A DNA stretch of 64,000 bases from Clostridia bacterium. GTDB taxonomy: Bacteria > Bacillota > Clostridia > RGIG6154. The stretch lies in NCBI GenBank assembly GCA_045605445.1, contig JAZUPZ010000021.1, positions 31,288 through 95,287 on the forward strand, in the 5' to 3' direction. Below are positions 10,886 to 20,768 of this stretch, in pieces. Every line of letters starts with the position of its first letter. Position 1 is the first letter of the stretch. Below the pieces are notes generated by a model, which saw only the letters and a program-made list of their open reading frames with translations, searched no databases and had not been told where the DNA came from. Both the position numbers and the translations under genes were made by a program.

Positions 10886-11440
10886 ATGATTATAGGAATA
10901 ACAGGGCAGAGCGGATGCGGTAAAACAACAGTTTCCGATTTGCTGAAAAATAACGGATATTTTATAATTGACTGCGATGAAATTGCCCATGACCTTATGG
11001 AAAATGATAAAAATATGCTCAGAGAAATAGAAAATGAATTCGGCAGTGAATATTTTCTCTACGGAAAGCTTGAAAGAAAAAAGCTTGGCACTTTGGTGTT
11101 CAACAATCCGGAAAAGCTAAAAATGCTGAATTCAATTACTCACAGATATATTTTAAAAAAAGTTAATTCTCTTATCGAGGGAAAAAATAAAGCTGTTATT
11201 GATGCTCCCTTACTTATAGAATCCGGACTTGATAAAATTTGCGATAAATGTATTTTTGTTTCATGTCCCTTTGAAGTGCGTTTAAACAGAATAATGAAAA
11301 GAGATAAAATTTCAAGGAAATATGCGCTATCAAGGCTTAATTCCCAGAAAAATGATGAATTTTACAAAAATAAATGTAACATTACCGTTGTCAATGACGG
11401 CAAAGCGGATATAGCTTATCAACTTAAGGAGTTTATTTAA
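10886..11440 (+). CDS. coaE: dephospho-CoA kinase
   Basis: IIGITGQSGCGKT, IDCDEIAH, DAPLLIE; polA-coaE-slt synteny; start taken at the ATG after AGAAGGA. Confidence 0.92.
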   Translation: MIIGITGQSGCGKTTVSDLLKNNGYFIIDCDEIAHDLMENDKNMLREIENEFGSEYFLYGKLERKKLGTLVFNNPEKLKMLNSITHRYILKKVNSLIEGKNKAVIDAPLLIESGLDKICDKCIFVSCPFEVRLNRIMKRDKISRKYALSRLNSQKNDEFYKNKCNITVVNDGKADIAYQLKEFI

Positions 11441-11977
11441 TTGAAAAAATTTTTAATTTTTTTGCTTATAATTTTAATACTTGGTTATGGGGCACACAGG
11501 TATCTTAAATATATTTTTCCGTTGGAATACAGCGAAATTATTGAACAGTGTGCAACAAACAACAATCTCGAAAAAAGTCTTATATATGCTGTGATAAAAG
11601 CGGAAAGCAATTTTAAAAGTGATGCAACCTCGCATAAAAATGCCGTCGGGCTTATGCAGATAACCAAAGAAACAGGGGAATGGTCTGCCGAAAAAACGGG
11701 AATAAAAGACTATGAGCACAGAATGTTGGTGAATCCGGAAATCAATATAAAAATAGGAACGTGGTATTTAAGTTATCTTATTTCTGAACTCAATAACGAA
11801 GATTACGCAGTTATGGCATATAATGCAGGGATAAATAACGTAAAAAAATGGGTTAATAACGGAACTATAAACATAAACAACGAAACATATACCGATATTC
11901 CCTTTGGAGAAACAAAAAAATATATTTTTAAAGTGAAAATATATAAAAGAATATACGAAATTCTTTATCAGATTTGA
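11441..11977 (+). CDS. lytic transglycosylase (SLT domain)
   Basis: N-terminal TM segment; IKAESNF, GLMQI, AYNAG, ETKKY motifs. Confidence 0.92.
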   Translation: MKKFLIFLLIILILGYGAHRYLKYIFPLEYSEIIEQCATNNNLEKSLIYAVIKAESNFKSDATSHKNAVGLMQITKETGEWSAEKTGIKDYEHRMLVNPEINIKIGTWYLSYLISELNNEDYAVMAYNAGINNVKKWVNNGTININNETYTDIPFGETKKYIFKVKIYKRIYEILYQI

Positions 11978-12029
11978 CCTTTTATCGTTTTCGTGTTATT
12001 ATGAAACAAATGTTTGTTAAATATTAACA
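11974..12029 (+). promoter_or_regulatory. sigma-A promoter with two overlapping palindromic operators
   Basis: TTGACC-17-TATTAT; AACAAA-TG-TTTGTT (12005-12018) and TGTTAA-ATA-TTAACA (12015-12029). Confidence 0.6.
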
Positions 12030-12044
12030 TAATCGGGGTGTGAA

Positions 12045-12806
12045 ATGAACAAAGAGAGAAGAATGGAAATAAATACATATATCCAGACAAAAGGCGAAAT
12101 CAGGTTTGATGAACTTTTGCCTATTTTTCCAAACGTTTCAGCAATGACTCTCAGAAGAGATCTTGCATATCTTGAAGCCGAACATAAAATTATAAGAACC
12201 AGAGGAGGAGCAAAATCTCTTTCTTTTGTTTCTGAAAATCTTAAGGAAGAAAAATTTCTGAAGAGTACGCTGGTACACATAGAAGAAAAAAATATTATTG
12301 CAAGAAAAGCGGTAAAGCTTATAAGGCCGGGAAGATCTGTTTTTCTTGATGCCGGGTCTACAATTCTTTGCCTTTCAAAGATGATACCTGATGAAAGATA
12401 CTATATATTTACTTCTGCACCCAACGTGGCTATGGAGGTTCTGTATTCAACTTCGTCAGCTGTTAATCTTACAGGTGGAGAGCTTAACAGAGACAATCTT
12501 GCAGTTGCCGGTGCCGGCGCGGTAGATTTTATGAAAAACGTTAATATAGATATAGCTTTTATGTCTGTTCCTGGATTTTCGGAAAATAACGGTTTTTCCT
12601 GTGCAGATATAAATGACAGTCAGCTTAAAAAAGCTATTATTGAAAAAGCAGAAAAAGTTGTTATGCTTATGGACAGTTCCAAAATAGGAATAAATATGCC
12701 CTATACATATGCAAGGCTGTCTGATATAGATATTATAGTCGGTGACGGAAATCTGCCCGACAGTTTTCTTGATGAAGCTTATAATAACAATGTGGAGGTG
12801 CTGTAA
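12045..12806 (+). CDS. DeoR/GlpR-family transcriptional regulator
   Basis: N-terminal HTH VSAMTLRRDL, RTRGGA, VFLDAGST sugar-binding domain. Confidence 0.95.
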   Translation: MNKERRMEINTYIQTKGEIRFDELLPIFPNVSAMTLRRDLAYLEAEHKIIRTRGGAKSLSFVSENLKEEKFLKSTLVHIEEKNIIARKAVKLIRPGRSVFLDAGSTILCLSKMIPDERYYIFTSAPNVAMEVLYSTSSAVNLTGGELNRDNLAVAGAGAVDFMKNVNIDIAFMSVPGFSENNGFSCADINDSQLKKAIIEKAEKVVMLMDSSKIGINMPYTYARLSDIDIIVGDGNLPDSFLDEAYNNNVEVL

Positions 12807-14707
12807 TGTTGTATAACAATATAAATTATGATAAAAATTCGAAAGTAATCTGGTATCCGGACAGAGGTATAAAAGCATATGTTTGTTTCAGAAAAGAATT
12901 TGAACTTGAAAATGAAGTTAAAAATGCGGAAATCAAAACTTTTGCAAATTCAAAATATGTATTGTATATAAACGGAGCTTTTGTTAAAAGAGGTATATAT
13001 CCTGCTGATGAGGTACTGCAGCAGTATGATAAGATTCAGATAGGAGAATTTCTTAAGCAGGGAAAAAACGTAATCAGTTTTCTTTGTGCACCTTCAGTAA
13101 GCGGATATTCAATGCTTTTTGCTGAGGTTTCCGTCGAACTTAAGACGGGGGAACAAGTTTTCTTTTCTGCAGATAAAACCTTTAAATCAAATATCTGTAA
13201 GGCTTATGCAAACGGTGATCTGCTTAATGCCTGCGACTATGGAGAGATTTTTGATAACAGAGAATATGATACGTCCTGGCTTTTTGAAAATTTTGACGAC
13301 AGTAATTGGTTTGAATGCAGCGAAAGAATGCTGTATTCAACTTCTGTTCTTAACATTGCAGAAAGAGAAATTAAAATTAAAGAAACTACAAGTAAGGCAA
13401 GAGCAATTATTTCTGCAGGTTCGGGTGTTGAATGCGCTTCAGAATTGAATTTGCTCAGACAGGTTAAAAAGGAAATAGAAACAGTAAAAGCGGGAACTCT
13501 TTATGTAATAGGCACAGACTGTGAAATAAAACCCCTTGACAAAGGATATTTCAGCTATATTCTGATTGATGTTGAGAAAGAGGTGACGGGGCTTATTAAA
13601 CTTGACGTGTCCGGGTATAACTCTGATATTGTCGATGTGTGCTTTGCAAAAGAACTTAAAGATGGAGTTCCGGTAGTTAATAATGTTGCCAGATTTATTC
13701 TTGAAGATGAGGGGAATCTGCTTGAAACAAGATTTACGGAGTTTTCTTTCAGATATCTGTTTCTGATTTTCAGAAATTGTGTAAGGACAAATAAAGTGAA
13801 CGATGTTTCTGTTATTCTCAGAGAACCCGATGTTAAAATAAAAAGTGAATTTACCGAAACAGAAGAAGATAAGTTAACAGTAAAAAGGCTTATGAACTGT
13901 GTTACCGACTATGTGTATAATCCGGGTAAAATGCAGGATTTTCAGAGCGGTATAAGAATAGCCAATGCCGTATACTCCTGTGCCGGAAACACAAATTACC
14001 TTGAACAATTATTGGTTACGTTTTTAAATGTTCAAAATGCAGAAGGGCTTATTCCTGAGTATGCACCCTCTCAGAAAAGAAGCTACAATGCAGAGGATAC
14101 TCTTGATTTTATCAGCGCTGTTTACGGTTATTACCTGGCAAGCAAGGATAAAATGTTTCTTTTGAAAGTTTATAACAAATTGTTGTTTGCTTTCAATTGG
14201 TTCCTTGCTTATGAAAATGAAAAATGTATTCTTGAAAACGTTAAATATAACGATGAGCATATGTTTGACCTTATGCTTAATCTTAAGTATCTTAGAGCTA
14301 TTAAGGCTTTACGTGAAATTGCAAGTGTTCTTTCTGAAAAAGAAACATATATTATGATTTCAAGAAAAGCGGTTAAATTAAAAAAGAACATTTTTCGAAA
14401 GTTTTACAATAAGGAGAATAGTTGTTTTGTTCGATATATTGATGAACAGGCAAGTGAATATATTTCCAAAAACGTAAATGCAGTTGCTCTTTCTGTGCTG
14501 TATGATAAAAAGAACAAGAATGCAGTTAAGGTTATAAACAGAGTGTTTGGAAATGAAAATGATGCTGAAATGCACACGTTATCTTCTTATTATCTTGATG
14601 AGTTTATCAATGCATTAAAAGTTCAAAAACAGGAAACAATTATTGAAAATGAACTTAAAAACAGAGATGACTATATTGCAAACTGCAGCATAATATGCAA
14701 TAAGTAA
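12806..14707 (+). CDS. alpha-L-rhamnosidase (GH78)-like protein, catalytic motifs not recognisable
   Basis: N-terminal FRKEFEL...KYVLYING...YD...L.QGKN and EIFDNRE resemble the rhamnosidase N-domain; helical C-terminus lacks DCPxRxER. Confidence 0.6.
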   Translation: MLYNNINYDKNSKVIWYPDRGIKAYVCFRKEFELENEVKNAEIKTFANSKYVLYINGAFVKRGIYPADEVLQQYDKIQIGEFLKQGKNVISFLCAPSVSGYSMLFAEVSVELKTGEQVFFSADKTFKSNICKAYANGDLLNACDYGEIFDNREYDTSWLFENFDDSNWFECSERMLYSTSVLNIAEREIKIKETTSKARAIISAGSGVECASELNLLRQVKKEIETVKAGTLYVIGTDCEIKPLDKGYFSYILIDVEKEVTGLIKLDVSGYNSDIVDVCFAKELKDGVPVVNNVARFILEDEGNLLETRFTEFSFRYLFLIFRNCVRTNKVNDVSVILREPDVKIKSEFTETEEDKLTVKRLMNCVTDYVYNPGKMQDFQSGIRIANAVYSCAGNTNYLEQLLVTFLNVQNAEGLIPEYAPSQKRSYNAEDTLDFISAVYGYYLASKDKMFLLKVYNKLLFAFNWFLAYENEKCILENVKYNDEHMFDLMLNLKYLRAIKALREIASVLSEKETYIMISRKAVKLKKNIFRKFYNKENSCFVRYIDEQASEYISKNVNAVALSVLYDKKNKNAVKVINRVFGNENDAEMHTLSSYYLDEFINALKVQKQETIIENELKNRDDYIANCSIICNK

Positions 14708-14720
14708 AGGAGAAGTGAAA

Positions 14721-16133
14721 ATGGAAAAAACTCATATGCAAAAAAAGGCGGAGGAGTTATTATATAATAATGAAAACGGTCTTGAAAAAATAAAAAAATC
14801 AGATTTGAAAAGGATAAATGAATTCAATGAAGGCTATAAAAACTTTTTATCTTCCTGTAAAACAGAAAGAGAGTGTGTATCTTTTCTTGAAGAAAGGGCT
14901 GTTAAGGCAGGCTTCGAAAAGCTTGAAAACAAAGAAAAACTCAATCCCGGAGATAAGATTTATGTAATCAACAGAGATAAATCCATAATGCTTTGTGTTA
15001 TTGGAAAAAATAACATTGGTGATGGTGCAAATATGGTTGCCGCACATATAGATTCTCCAAGATTAGACTTAAAACCAAATCCTTTGTTTGAAATGGAAAA
15101 TATTTCTTACTTCAAAACACACTATTACGGCGGTATAAAAAAATATCAGTGGCTTACCATGCCTCTTTCTATTCACGGAGTTGTTGTAAAAAACAATGGA
15201 GAAAAAGTAAATATTACAATAGGTGAAGAGGAAGGAGACCCGGTTTTTTGTGTTACAGATCTTTTGCCGCATCTTGCTCAGTCTCAAATGACTCAGACCG
15301 CAAGCAAATTGATAGACGGGGAAAAATTAAACGTTATTCTTGGCACGATGCCTGTTGATGACGAAAAGATAAAAGATAAAGTAAAGCTTTATACTATGTT
15401 ACTTCTCAATGAAAAATACGGTATTACCGAAAAGGATTTTATTACTGCAGATATTGAGGTTGTTCCTGCATATAAAGCAAAGGATGTGGGTTTTGACAGA
15501 AGTATGGTTGGTTCATACGGGCAGGATGACAGAGTTTGCGCATATACTGCTTTTGAAGGTATTCTTGAGGTTGAGAAACCGGAAAAAACTGCAATCTGCT
15601 ATCTGGTTGATAAAGAAGAAATAGGAAGCTGTGATTCTACCGGTATGAAGTCAAGATATTTTGAGGATATCCTTGCTGAAATATGCAGTAAAACCAATAA
15701 AGAATATACAGATTTACAGTTAAGAAAGGCGCTTGCTAACACAATGTGTCTTTCGGCGGACGTAACAGCAGCATTTGACCCTAATTTCCCGGAGGTTTGC
15801 GAAAGAAATAATTCTGCTTATCTTAATAGAGGTATTGCTCTTATGAAGTATTCTGGAGCAAGAGGAAAGAGTGGAACAAATGAGGCGACAGCTGAATTTA
15901 CAAGAAAAGTAATTGATGTTTTTGATAAAAATGGTGTAAACTGGCAGACCGGCGAACTTGGAAAAGTGGACGAGGGAGGCGGAGGAACTGTAGCGCAGTA
16001 TCTCGCAGTATTGAATATTCATGTGATAGATTGCGGAGTTCCGCTTCTTTCAATGCATTCGCCTTTTGAAATAGCATCAAAATATGATGTTTATATGGCG
16101 TATAAAGGATATAATGCTTTTTATATGGCATAA
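14721..16133 (+). CDS. M18-family aminopeptidase
   Basis: AHIDSPRLDLKP, GQDDRVCAY, DKEEIGS, SADVTAAFDP, SMHSPFE. Confidence 0.92.
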   Translation: MEKTHMQKKAEELLYNNENGLEKIKKSDLKRINEFNEGYKNFLSSCKTERECVSFLEERAVKAGFEKLENKEKLNPGDKIYVINRDKSIMLCVIGKNNIGDGANMVAAHIDSPRLDLKPNPLFEMENISYFKTHYYGGIKKYQWLTMPLSIHGVVVKNNGEKVNITIGEEEGDPVFCVTDLLPHLAQSQMTQTASKLIDGEKLNVILGTMPVDDEKIKDKVKLYTMLLLNEKYGITEKDFITADIEVVPAYKAKDVGFDRSMVGSYGQDDRVCAYTAFEGILEVEKPEKTAICYLVDKEEIGSCDSTGMKSRYFEDILAEICSKTNKEYTDLQLRKALANTMCLSADVTAAFDPNFPEVCERNNSAYLNRGIALMKYSGARGKSGTNEATAEFTRKVIDVFDKNGVNWQTGELGKVDEGGGGTVAQYLAVLNIHVIDCGVPLLSMHSPFEIASKYDVYMAYKGYNAFYMA

Positions 16134-16152
16134 GTATTGACGGAGGTTATAC

Positions 16153-16284
16153 ATGACTCCAAAAGATATTTATAAGCATTTTGACGATTCTCTTGCAAGA
16201 GATAACCTTGCATCGGCTGATAGTGCGGATTTTGAAAAATCCGTTCAATCTGATAAAAATATTTACACAAATGAAAAAATATAG
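16153..16284 (+). CDS. candidate 43-aa small protein (not in ORF track)
   Basis: GGAGGT RBS 6 nt before ATG; MTPKDIYKHFDDSLARDNLASADSADFEKSVQSDKNIYTNEKI*. Confidence 0.4.
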   Translation: MTPKDIYKHFDDSLARDNLASADSADFEKSVQSDKNIYTNEKI

Positions 16285-16290
16285 TATAAT
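16262..16290 (+). promoter_or_regulatory. sigma-A promoter for the NSS transporter
   Basis: TTTACA-17-TATAAT. Confidence 0.7.
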
Positions 16291-16322
16291 TAACTTTATC
16301 TGAAAGAAATGGAGTGTTTAAC

Positions 16323-17735
16323 ATGGAAAACGAGAAAAAACGCGGTAGTTTCACCGGAAGTCTCGGATTTGTCCTTGCGGCAGCCGGAAGTGCTGTTGGA
16401 CTTGGAAATTTATGGAGATTCCCGTATCTGGCTGCTAAAGACGGTGGAGGATTATTTGTAGTTGTATATATAATTCTTGCACTCACATTTGGTTTTGCCC
16501 TTATGACAACGGAAATTGCCCTTGGTAGAAGAACAGGGAAAAGCCCTATTAACGCTTTTAAAATAGCAAACAGCAAATTTACCTGGGTAGGATATATGGG
16601 AATGTTGGTTCCTATGGTTATATTTCCATATTACTGCGTAATAGGTGGATGGGTAGCCAAATATGCATTTGAGTATATTGTTGGAAACGGTGCTGCAACT
16701 ATTGACCCTACAGGTGGATTTTTCTATCAGTCTATCGGTCTTGCAAATACCATTCAGATTGCACCGATTATCTGGTTTCTTTTATTTATGTTTGTAACTG
16801 CAGTAATAGTATATTTCGGTGTTGACAAGGGTATAGAAAAATGTTCCGTTATTCTTATGCCGTTGCTTGTTGTGATAATAGTTTGTATTGCTGTTTATTC
16901 GCTTACCTTGAAAGATGCTGAATCGGGCAGAACTGCTATTGAGGGACTTAAAATTTATCTTATACCAAATCTTGAAGGTATGACATTCGGTAAATTTTTA
17001 CACGTTGTTCTTGATGCGGTTGGACAGTTATTCTTCTCAATGTCCCTTGCTATGGGAATTATGATTACATATGGTTCATATACCAAAAAAGAAGAAAATC
17101 TTGTTCAGTCAGTAAACCATATTGAACTCTTTGATACCGGTGTGGCTCTTCTTGCAGGACTTATAATGATTCCTACAGTTTATTGCTTTATGGGTACTGA
17201 GGGGCTTGGTGCTTCAGGTCCCGGACTTATGTTTGTATCACTTCCTCAGGTGTTTGGTGCAATGGGGGCAATTGGTAATTTTGTGGGAGCGATGTTCTTT
17301 ATTTTGGTTATCTTTGCTGCTCTTACATCTTCAATCTCAATTCTTGAAGCTGTTGTTTCAATGTTTATGGACAGAACCAGAATGAGCAGGAAAATTGCAG
17401 TATTGATATCTGTTGCAATTGGTTTTGTAGTCGGACTTGTTGTATGCTTTGGTTACAATATCTGGTTCTTGGAAATTGACCTTCCAAACGGTGCTAAAGG
17501 TCAGCAGATCCTTGATGTTCTTGACTGGGTAACAAATTATTTGTTTATGCCGATTATAGCAATAGCAACTTGTGTAATGTTTGGTTGGTTTACCGGAACA
17601 AAGTTTATTACTGATGAAGTTAAACGTAACGGGGAAAAGTTCGGACGTGAAAAACTTTACAATGTTATGGTTAAATATGTTTGTCCGATACTTTTGTTCT
17701 TTATTCTTCTTAACAGCTTTGGTGTATTGGGATAA
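16323..17735 (+). CDS. sodium-dependent transporter, NSS/SNF family
   Basis: AAGSAVGLGNLWRFPY, GGGLF; QLFFSMSLAMG; multiple TM segments. Confidence 0.95.
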   Translation: MENEKKRGSFTGSLGFVLAAAGSAVGLGNLWRFPYLAAKDGGGLFVVVYIILALTFGFALMTTEIALGRRTGKSPINAFKIANSKFTWVGYMGMLVPMVIFPYYCVIGGWVAKYAFEYIVGNGAATIDPTGGFFYQSIGLANTIQIAPIIWFLLFMFVTAVIVYFGVDKGIEKCSVILMPLLVVIIVCIAVYSLTLKDAESGRTAIEGLKIYLIPNLEGMTFGKFLHVVLDAVGQLFFSMSLAMGIMITYGSYTKKEENLVQSVNHIELFDTGVALLAGLIMIPTVYCFMGTEGLGASGPGLMFVSLPQVFGAMGAIGNFVGAMFFILVIFAALTSSISILEAVVSMFMDRTRMSRKIAVLISVAIGFVVGLVVCFGYNIWFLEIDLPNGAKGQQILDVLDWVTNYLFMPIIAIATCVMFGWFTGTKFITDEVKRNGEKFGREKLYNVMVKYVCPILLFFILLNSFGVLG

Positions 17736-17747
17736 TAAAAAGTATAT

Positions 17748-17787
17748 AAAAAATCTGAACGAATATTTTTTCGTTCAGATTTTTTTG
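17748..17787. terminator. bidirectional terminator between convergent NSS and fkp genes
   Basis: AAAAAATCTGAACGAA/TTCGTTCAGATTTTTT 16-bp stem. Confidence 0.9.
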
Positions 17788-20652
17788 TTAAAATACAAAT
17801 ACACTGTCCCAGACATCAACACCGCTGTCCTGGAAAACATCTTTTAATCTGCATCGCAAATCCTCTTTGGTGTATTCCGGTTTAAGGATTACCTGAAGGA
17901 ATCCGCCACCACCTGCACCTGATATAAATTTTCCGCAAACCATATCTTCTATAGAAAAGAAAATCTGGTCTATGCAAGTATTTGTACAACCGCTGTCGAG
18001 AAGTTTTGAAAGTTCCCAATGCTCGGAAAGTAATTCGGCAAATCTTTCAATATTTCCTTTTTCAAGCTGAAATTTCATAGATGCTGCAACTTCCTGAATT
18101 TTTTCAAGCACATAAATCGCATCTTTGTTTCCTGATATATATTTGCCTACAACTTCTCTTAAAAGATTTCTTGCAAGTCTTCTTTGACCGGTGTAAATAA
18201 GAGCAAATCTTTCATTAAGTTCTTTTTTTGTCTTGGCAGATATTTTTACTTTAGTGCATTTGATATCCTGCATAAGCCCCTCTTGGGTATAGATATACTT
18301 GATTCCGTTTGTAAGTCCGCCTACCTGGTCCTGCCAACCGCCGCCGGTGCTCATTATTTGTTCCATACATAATACATATGTATACAAAGCATTTTCAGAT
18401 ATGTTTTCACCAAAAAATTCAAAAATTGCTTTTACACAAGCTCCGGCAAGAATGCTGCTTGTTCCGAGTCCGCTTCCTCTTGGAATATTTTTTACCTGGG
18501 TTGACAGCCTGAAACCTCCACCTATGTTTTTCAGAATTTTTGCGAGAGGGATACTGCCATCTTTAGGTACGATTCCGCAAGCAACAAGAGCTGCTTTGTG
18601 AAGAGCAAACATATCAAAGGGATTGTTGCATTCACTTATATCCTTAGTTTCTGTAACAATGCCGAAAGCATTAGAATCAGCACTTTCAAATTCAATATGC
18701 AAATCTTTGATTTTTTCTATTTCTACAATTACGGGGAGTTCTCCGTTTAAGCTTACTGCTGCATTTAAAACGGTACCTCCGTGTTCATTGCAGTAGGGAG
18801 GAGTGTCAGACCAACCTCCGCCCCAGTTCACTCTTACCGGGAGTTTTACGCATACATCATTTTTGGCAATTCTATAGTTTTCGTTATAAAATACATTTTC
18901 GTCAGATGCTTTCAGTACGGTGTTCTGAATTGATTCAAAACATTTTCCTTCGTAATATTCGTATGATTTTTTATAAGCCGATTTATTATTTCTCACTATT
19001 TTTGAAATGTAATAATAAATTCTTATTTTCAAATCAAACGGAGCTGTTTCTGCTATGATTTCAAGCTCATCAGCCTGAATCTGTGTAAGGCCTCTTCTTC
19101 CAAAGACAGAGGCAGTTTCTTCGAGACTTTTTCTTTCATCAAGCATCCTGATGAAGTTGCTTATTCTTATCTGGTTCTCAAGCATTTCTTGCCAATTCAG
19201 AATAAATTTTGTGTCAGCTTTGTTGAAACTTTCGTTAAGACTTGTTTTTGCTTTGCCGATATCATTCAGCGAATCGACAAAACTGTCGGAAACAGTGAAA
19301 GCCTTTTCGTTCCAGTAATCGTTTTCTTTAGGGTTTGTAGTTATTTTATACTTTCTTGCAACAAAGTTTCCGTCTTTAAGTTTTATGCCGTGAAGTACAG
19401 TTCCGGCAGGAACTGTAACACCGTCAAGTTCAATATTTGAAATTACACAGTTTGCTCCGATTTTACAACCGTTTTTAATAATACTGTCTTCAATGTAACT
19501 TGATGGGTCGATGGTGCAGGTTTCATCAATATAACTGTTTGAGCAGGCATATTCTCCTTTTGTTCCGCAATAAGACAATATGTTTTTTGACCAGTCAAGA
19601 AATTCGTAATTTGTGATTTCCGAAACCATAAGAGACAAAAGCTCTTTTGTGGTGCCGAAATGAATAAATTCAGCAGGGGAAAGGCTGATAAGATCAAGCC
19701 TGTATTTTCTTAAAGTGTTCCAGATGAGGGTACGACATTCTCTGAGATTTTCGGTAAAATCGCCTTCGGGTTTTTCCTTGTAGTATTGTTCCAATGTGGA
19801 GTTTTCAGCCATCGGGTAGAGAAAATCGGCATAAAAGCTTATTCTTGCTGTTTCGTTTACAAATTTATTGAACTTTGTTTCTGTGTCAATCAATGAATAC
19901 AAATCTGTAAGAATGTTGCTGTTCAGAAGAATCGCGCCGGTGTCAATATTTACACAGTCCTGTTCATTAACCGCGCCAATCTTTCTTAATTCTTCAGCGG
20001 GTATTTTATGCAGAAAGTTTATAACTTTGTGATTTTCTCCAAGAAAAACGCCGTGGTTTTGACCGGTTGAAACATTTTCTTTAATAGAAATTGCCGCTGC
20101 ATCTTCAAGCTGAAAGTCAATCTGAAGAGGATTGAAAAGAAGAAGAACATCGCCGGAAAGAACCAGCATACCATCTTTGATTCTTTGAGCAACACCGCTC
20201 ATTGAAATTATAAATTCATCAAACAGGGTGCTTCTTCTTCCGTCCGGCAGAATTCTTGGTACGGGAGAAAATAATTTTCCGCATGCAGAATATTGCGGAA
20301 CTCGTTTACTGTCTCCACCGGAGTGAATTACAAGAATTCTTTTGCCGGAAAAATCAGAACAACCGCTCTCTTTTATATATTTGAGCACATTAAAAGTGGC
20401 ACCGCCGGAACCGACACGTTTCCCTTCCGGGTCCGGGAGTACTGCATAGTGAGTGGAGGAGGGGAGATAACCCTCGGACACTCTTTTGTTTATCTGAGCT
20501 GTAAAGGTTTCTGCTTGTTCGTTATTTGATGCAGTAAGTATTATGTAATCCCATTTTACAAACTTTGATTTGTTAATACTGTTTTCGTAATCTGTCCATG
20601 AATCGAGGTAGCTTTGTCTTAAAAACAGGTTTTTCATTTTTTTTATCTGCAT
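17788..20652 (-). CDS. fkp: bifunctional L-fucokinase / fucose-1-phosphate guanylyltransferase
   Basis: N-terminal RVGSGGAT, IHSGGDSKRVPQ; C-terminal GHMP kinase GGGWSDTPPY, PRGSGLGTSS, GGGWQDQ, GAGGGG. Confidence 0.9.
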   Translation of the reverse strand: MQIKKMKNLFLRQSYLDSWTDYENSINKSKFVKWDYIILTASNNEQAETFTAQINKRVSEGYLPSSTHYAVLPDPEGKRVGSGGATFNVLKYIKESGCSDFSGKRILVIHSGGDSKRVPQYSACGKLFSPVPRILPDGRRSTLFDEFIISMSGVAQRIKDGMLVLSGDVLLLFNPLQIDFQLEDAAAISIKENVSTGQNHGVFLGENHKVINFLHKIPAEELRKIGAVNEQDCVNIDTGAILLNSNILTDLYSLIDTETKFNKFVNETARISFYADFLYPMAENSTLEQYYKEKPEGDFTENLRECRTLIWNTLRKYRLDLISLSPAEFIHFGTTKELLSLMVSEITNYEFLDWSKNILSYCGTKGEYACSNSYIDETCTIDPSSYIEDSIIKNGCKIGANCVISNIELDGVTVPAGTVLHGIKLKDGNFVARKYKITTNPKENDYWNEKAFTVSDSFVDSLNDIGKAKTSLNESFNKADTKFILNWQEMLENQIRISNFIRMLDERKSLEETASVFGRRGLTQIQADELEIIAETAPFDLKIRIYYYISKIVRNNKSAYKKSYEYYEGKCFESIQNTVLKASDENVFYNENYRIAKNDVCVKLPVRVNWGGGWSDTPPYCNEHGGTVLNAAVSLNGELPVIVEIEKIKDLHIEFESADSNAFGIVTETKDISECNNPFDMFALHKAALVACGIVPKDGSIPLAKILKNIGGGFRLSTQVKNIPRGSGLGTSSILAGACVKAIFEFFGENISENALYTYVLCMEQIMSTGGGWQDQVGGLTNGIKYIYTQEGLMQDIKCTKVKISAKTKKELNERFALIYTGQRRLARNLLREVVGKYISGNKDAIYVLEKIQEVAASMKFQLEKGNIERFAELLSEHWELSKLLDSGCTNTCIDQIFFSIEDMVCGKFISGAGGGGFLQVILKPEYTKEDLRCRLKDVFQDSGVDVWDSVFVF

Positions 20653-20686
20653 TTGCTCTGACCTCTTTCTAAAAACTTATATAAGT

Positions 20687-20750
20687 ATTTTAATATATGG
20701 AAATATTATTGTCAATAATATTTGACAGCAAAATCTCTTTATTATATAAT
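20687..20750. promoter_or_regulatory. back-to-back divergent sigma-A promoters
   Basis: + strand: TTGACA(20722)-17-TATAAT(20745); - strand: TTGACA(20715-20710)-17-TAAAAT(20692-20687). Confidence 0.8.
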
Positions 20751-20768
20751 TGTCAGAGGAGGTGCTTT

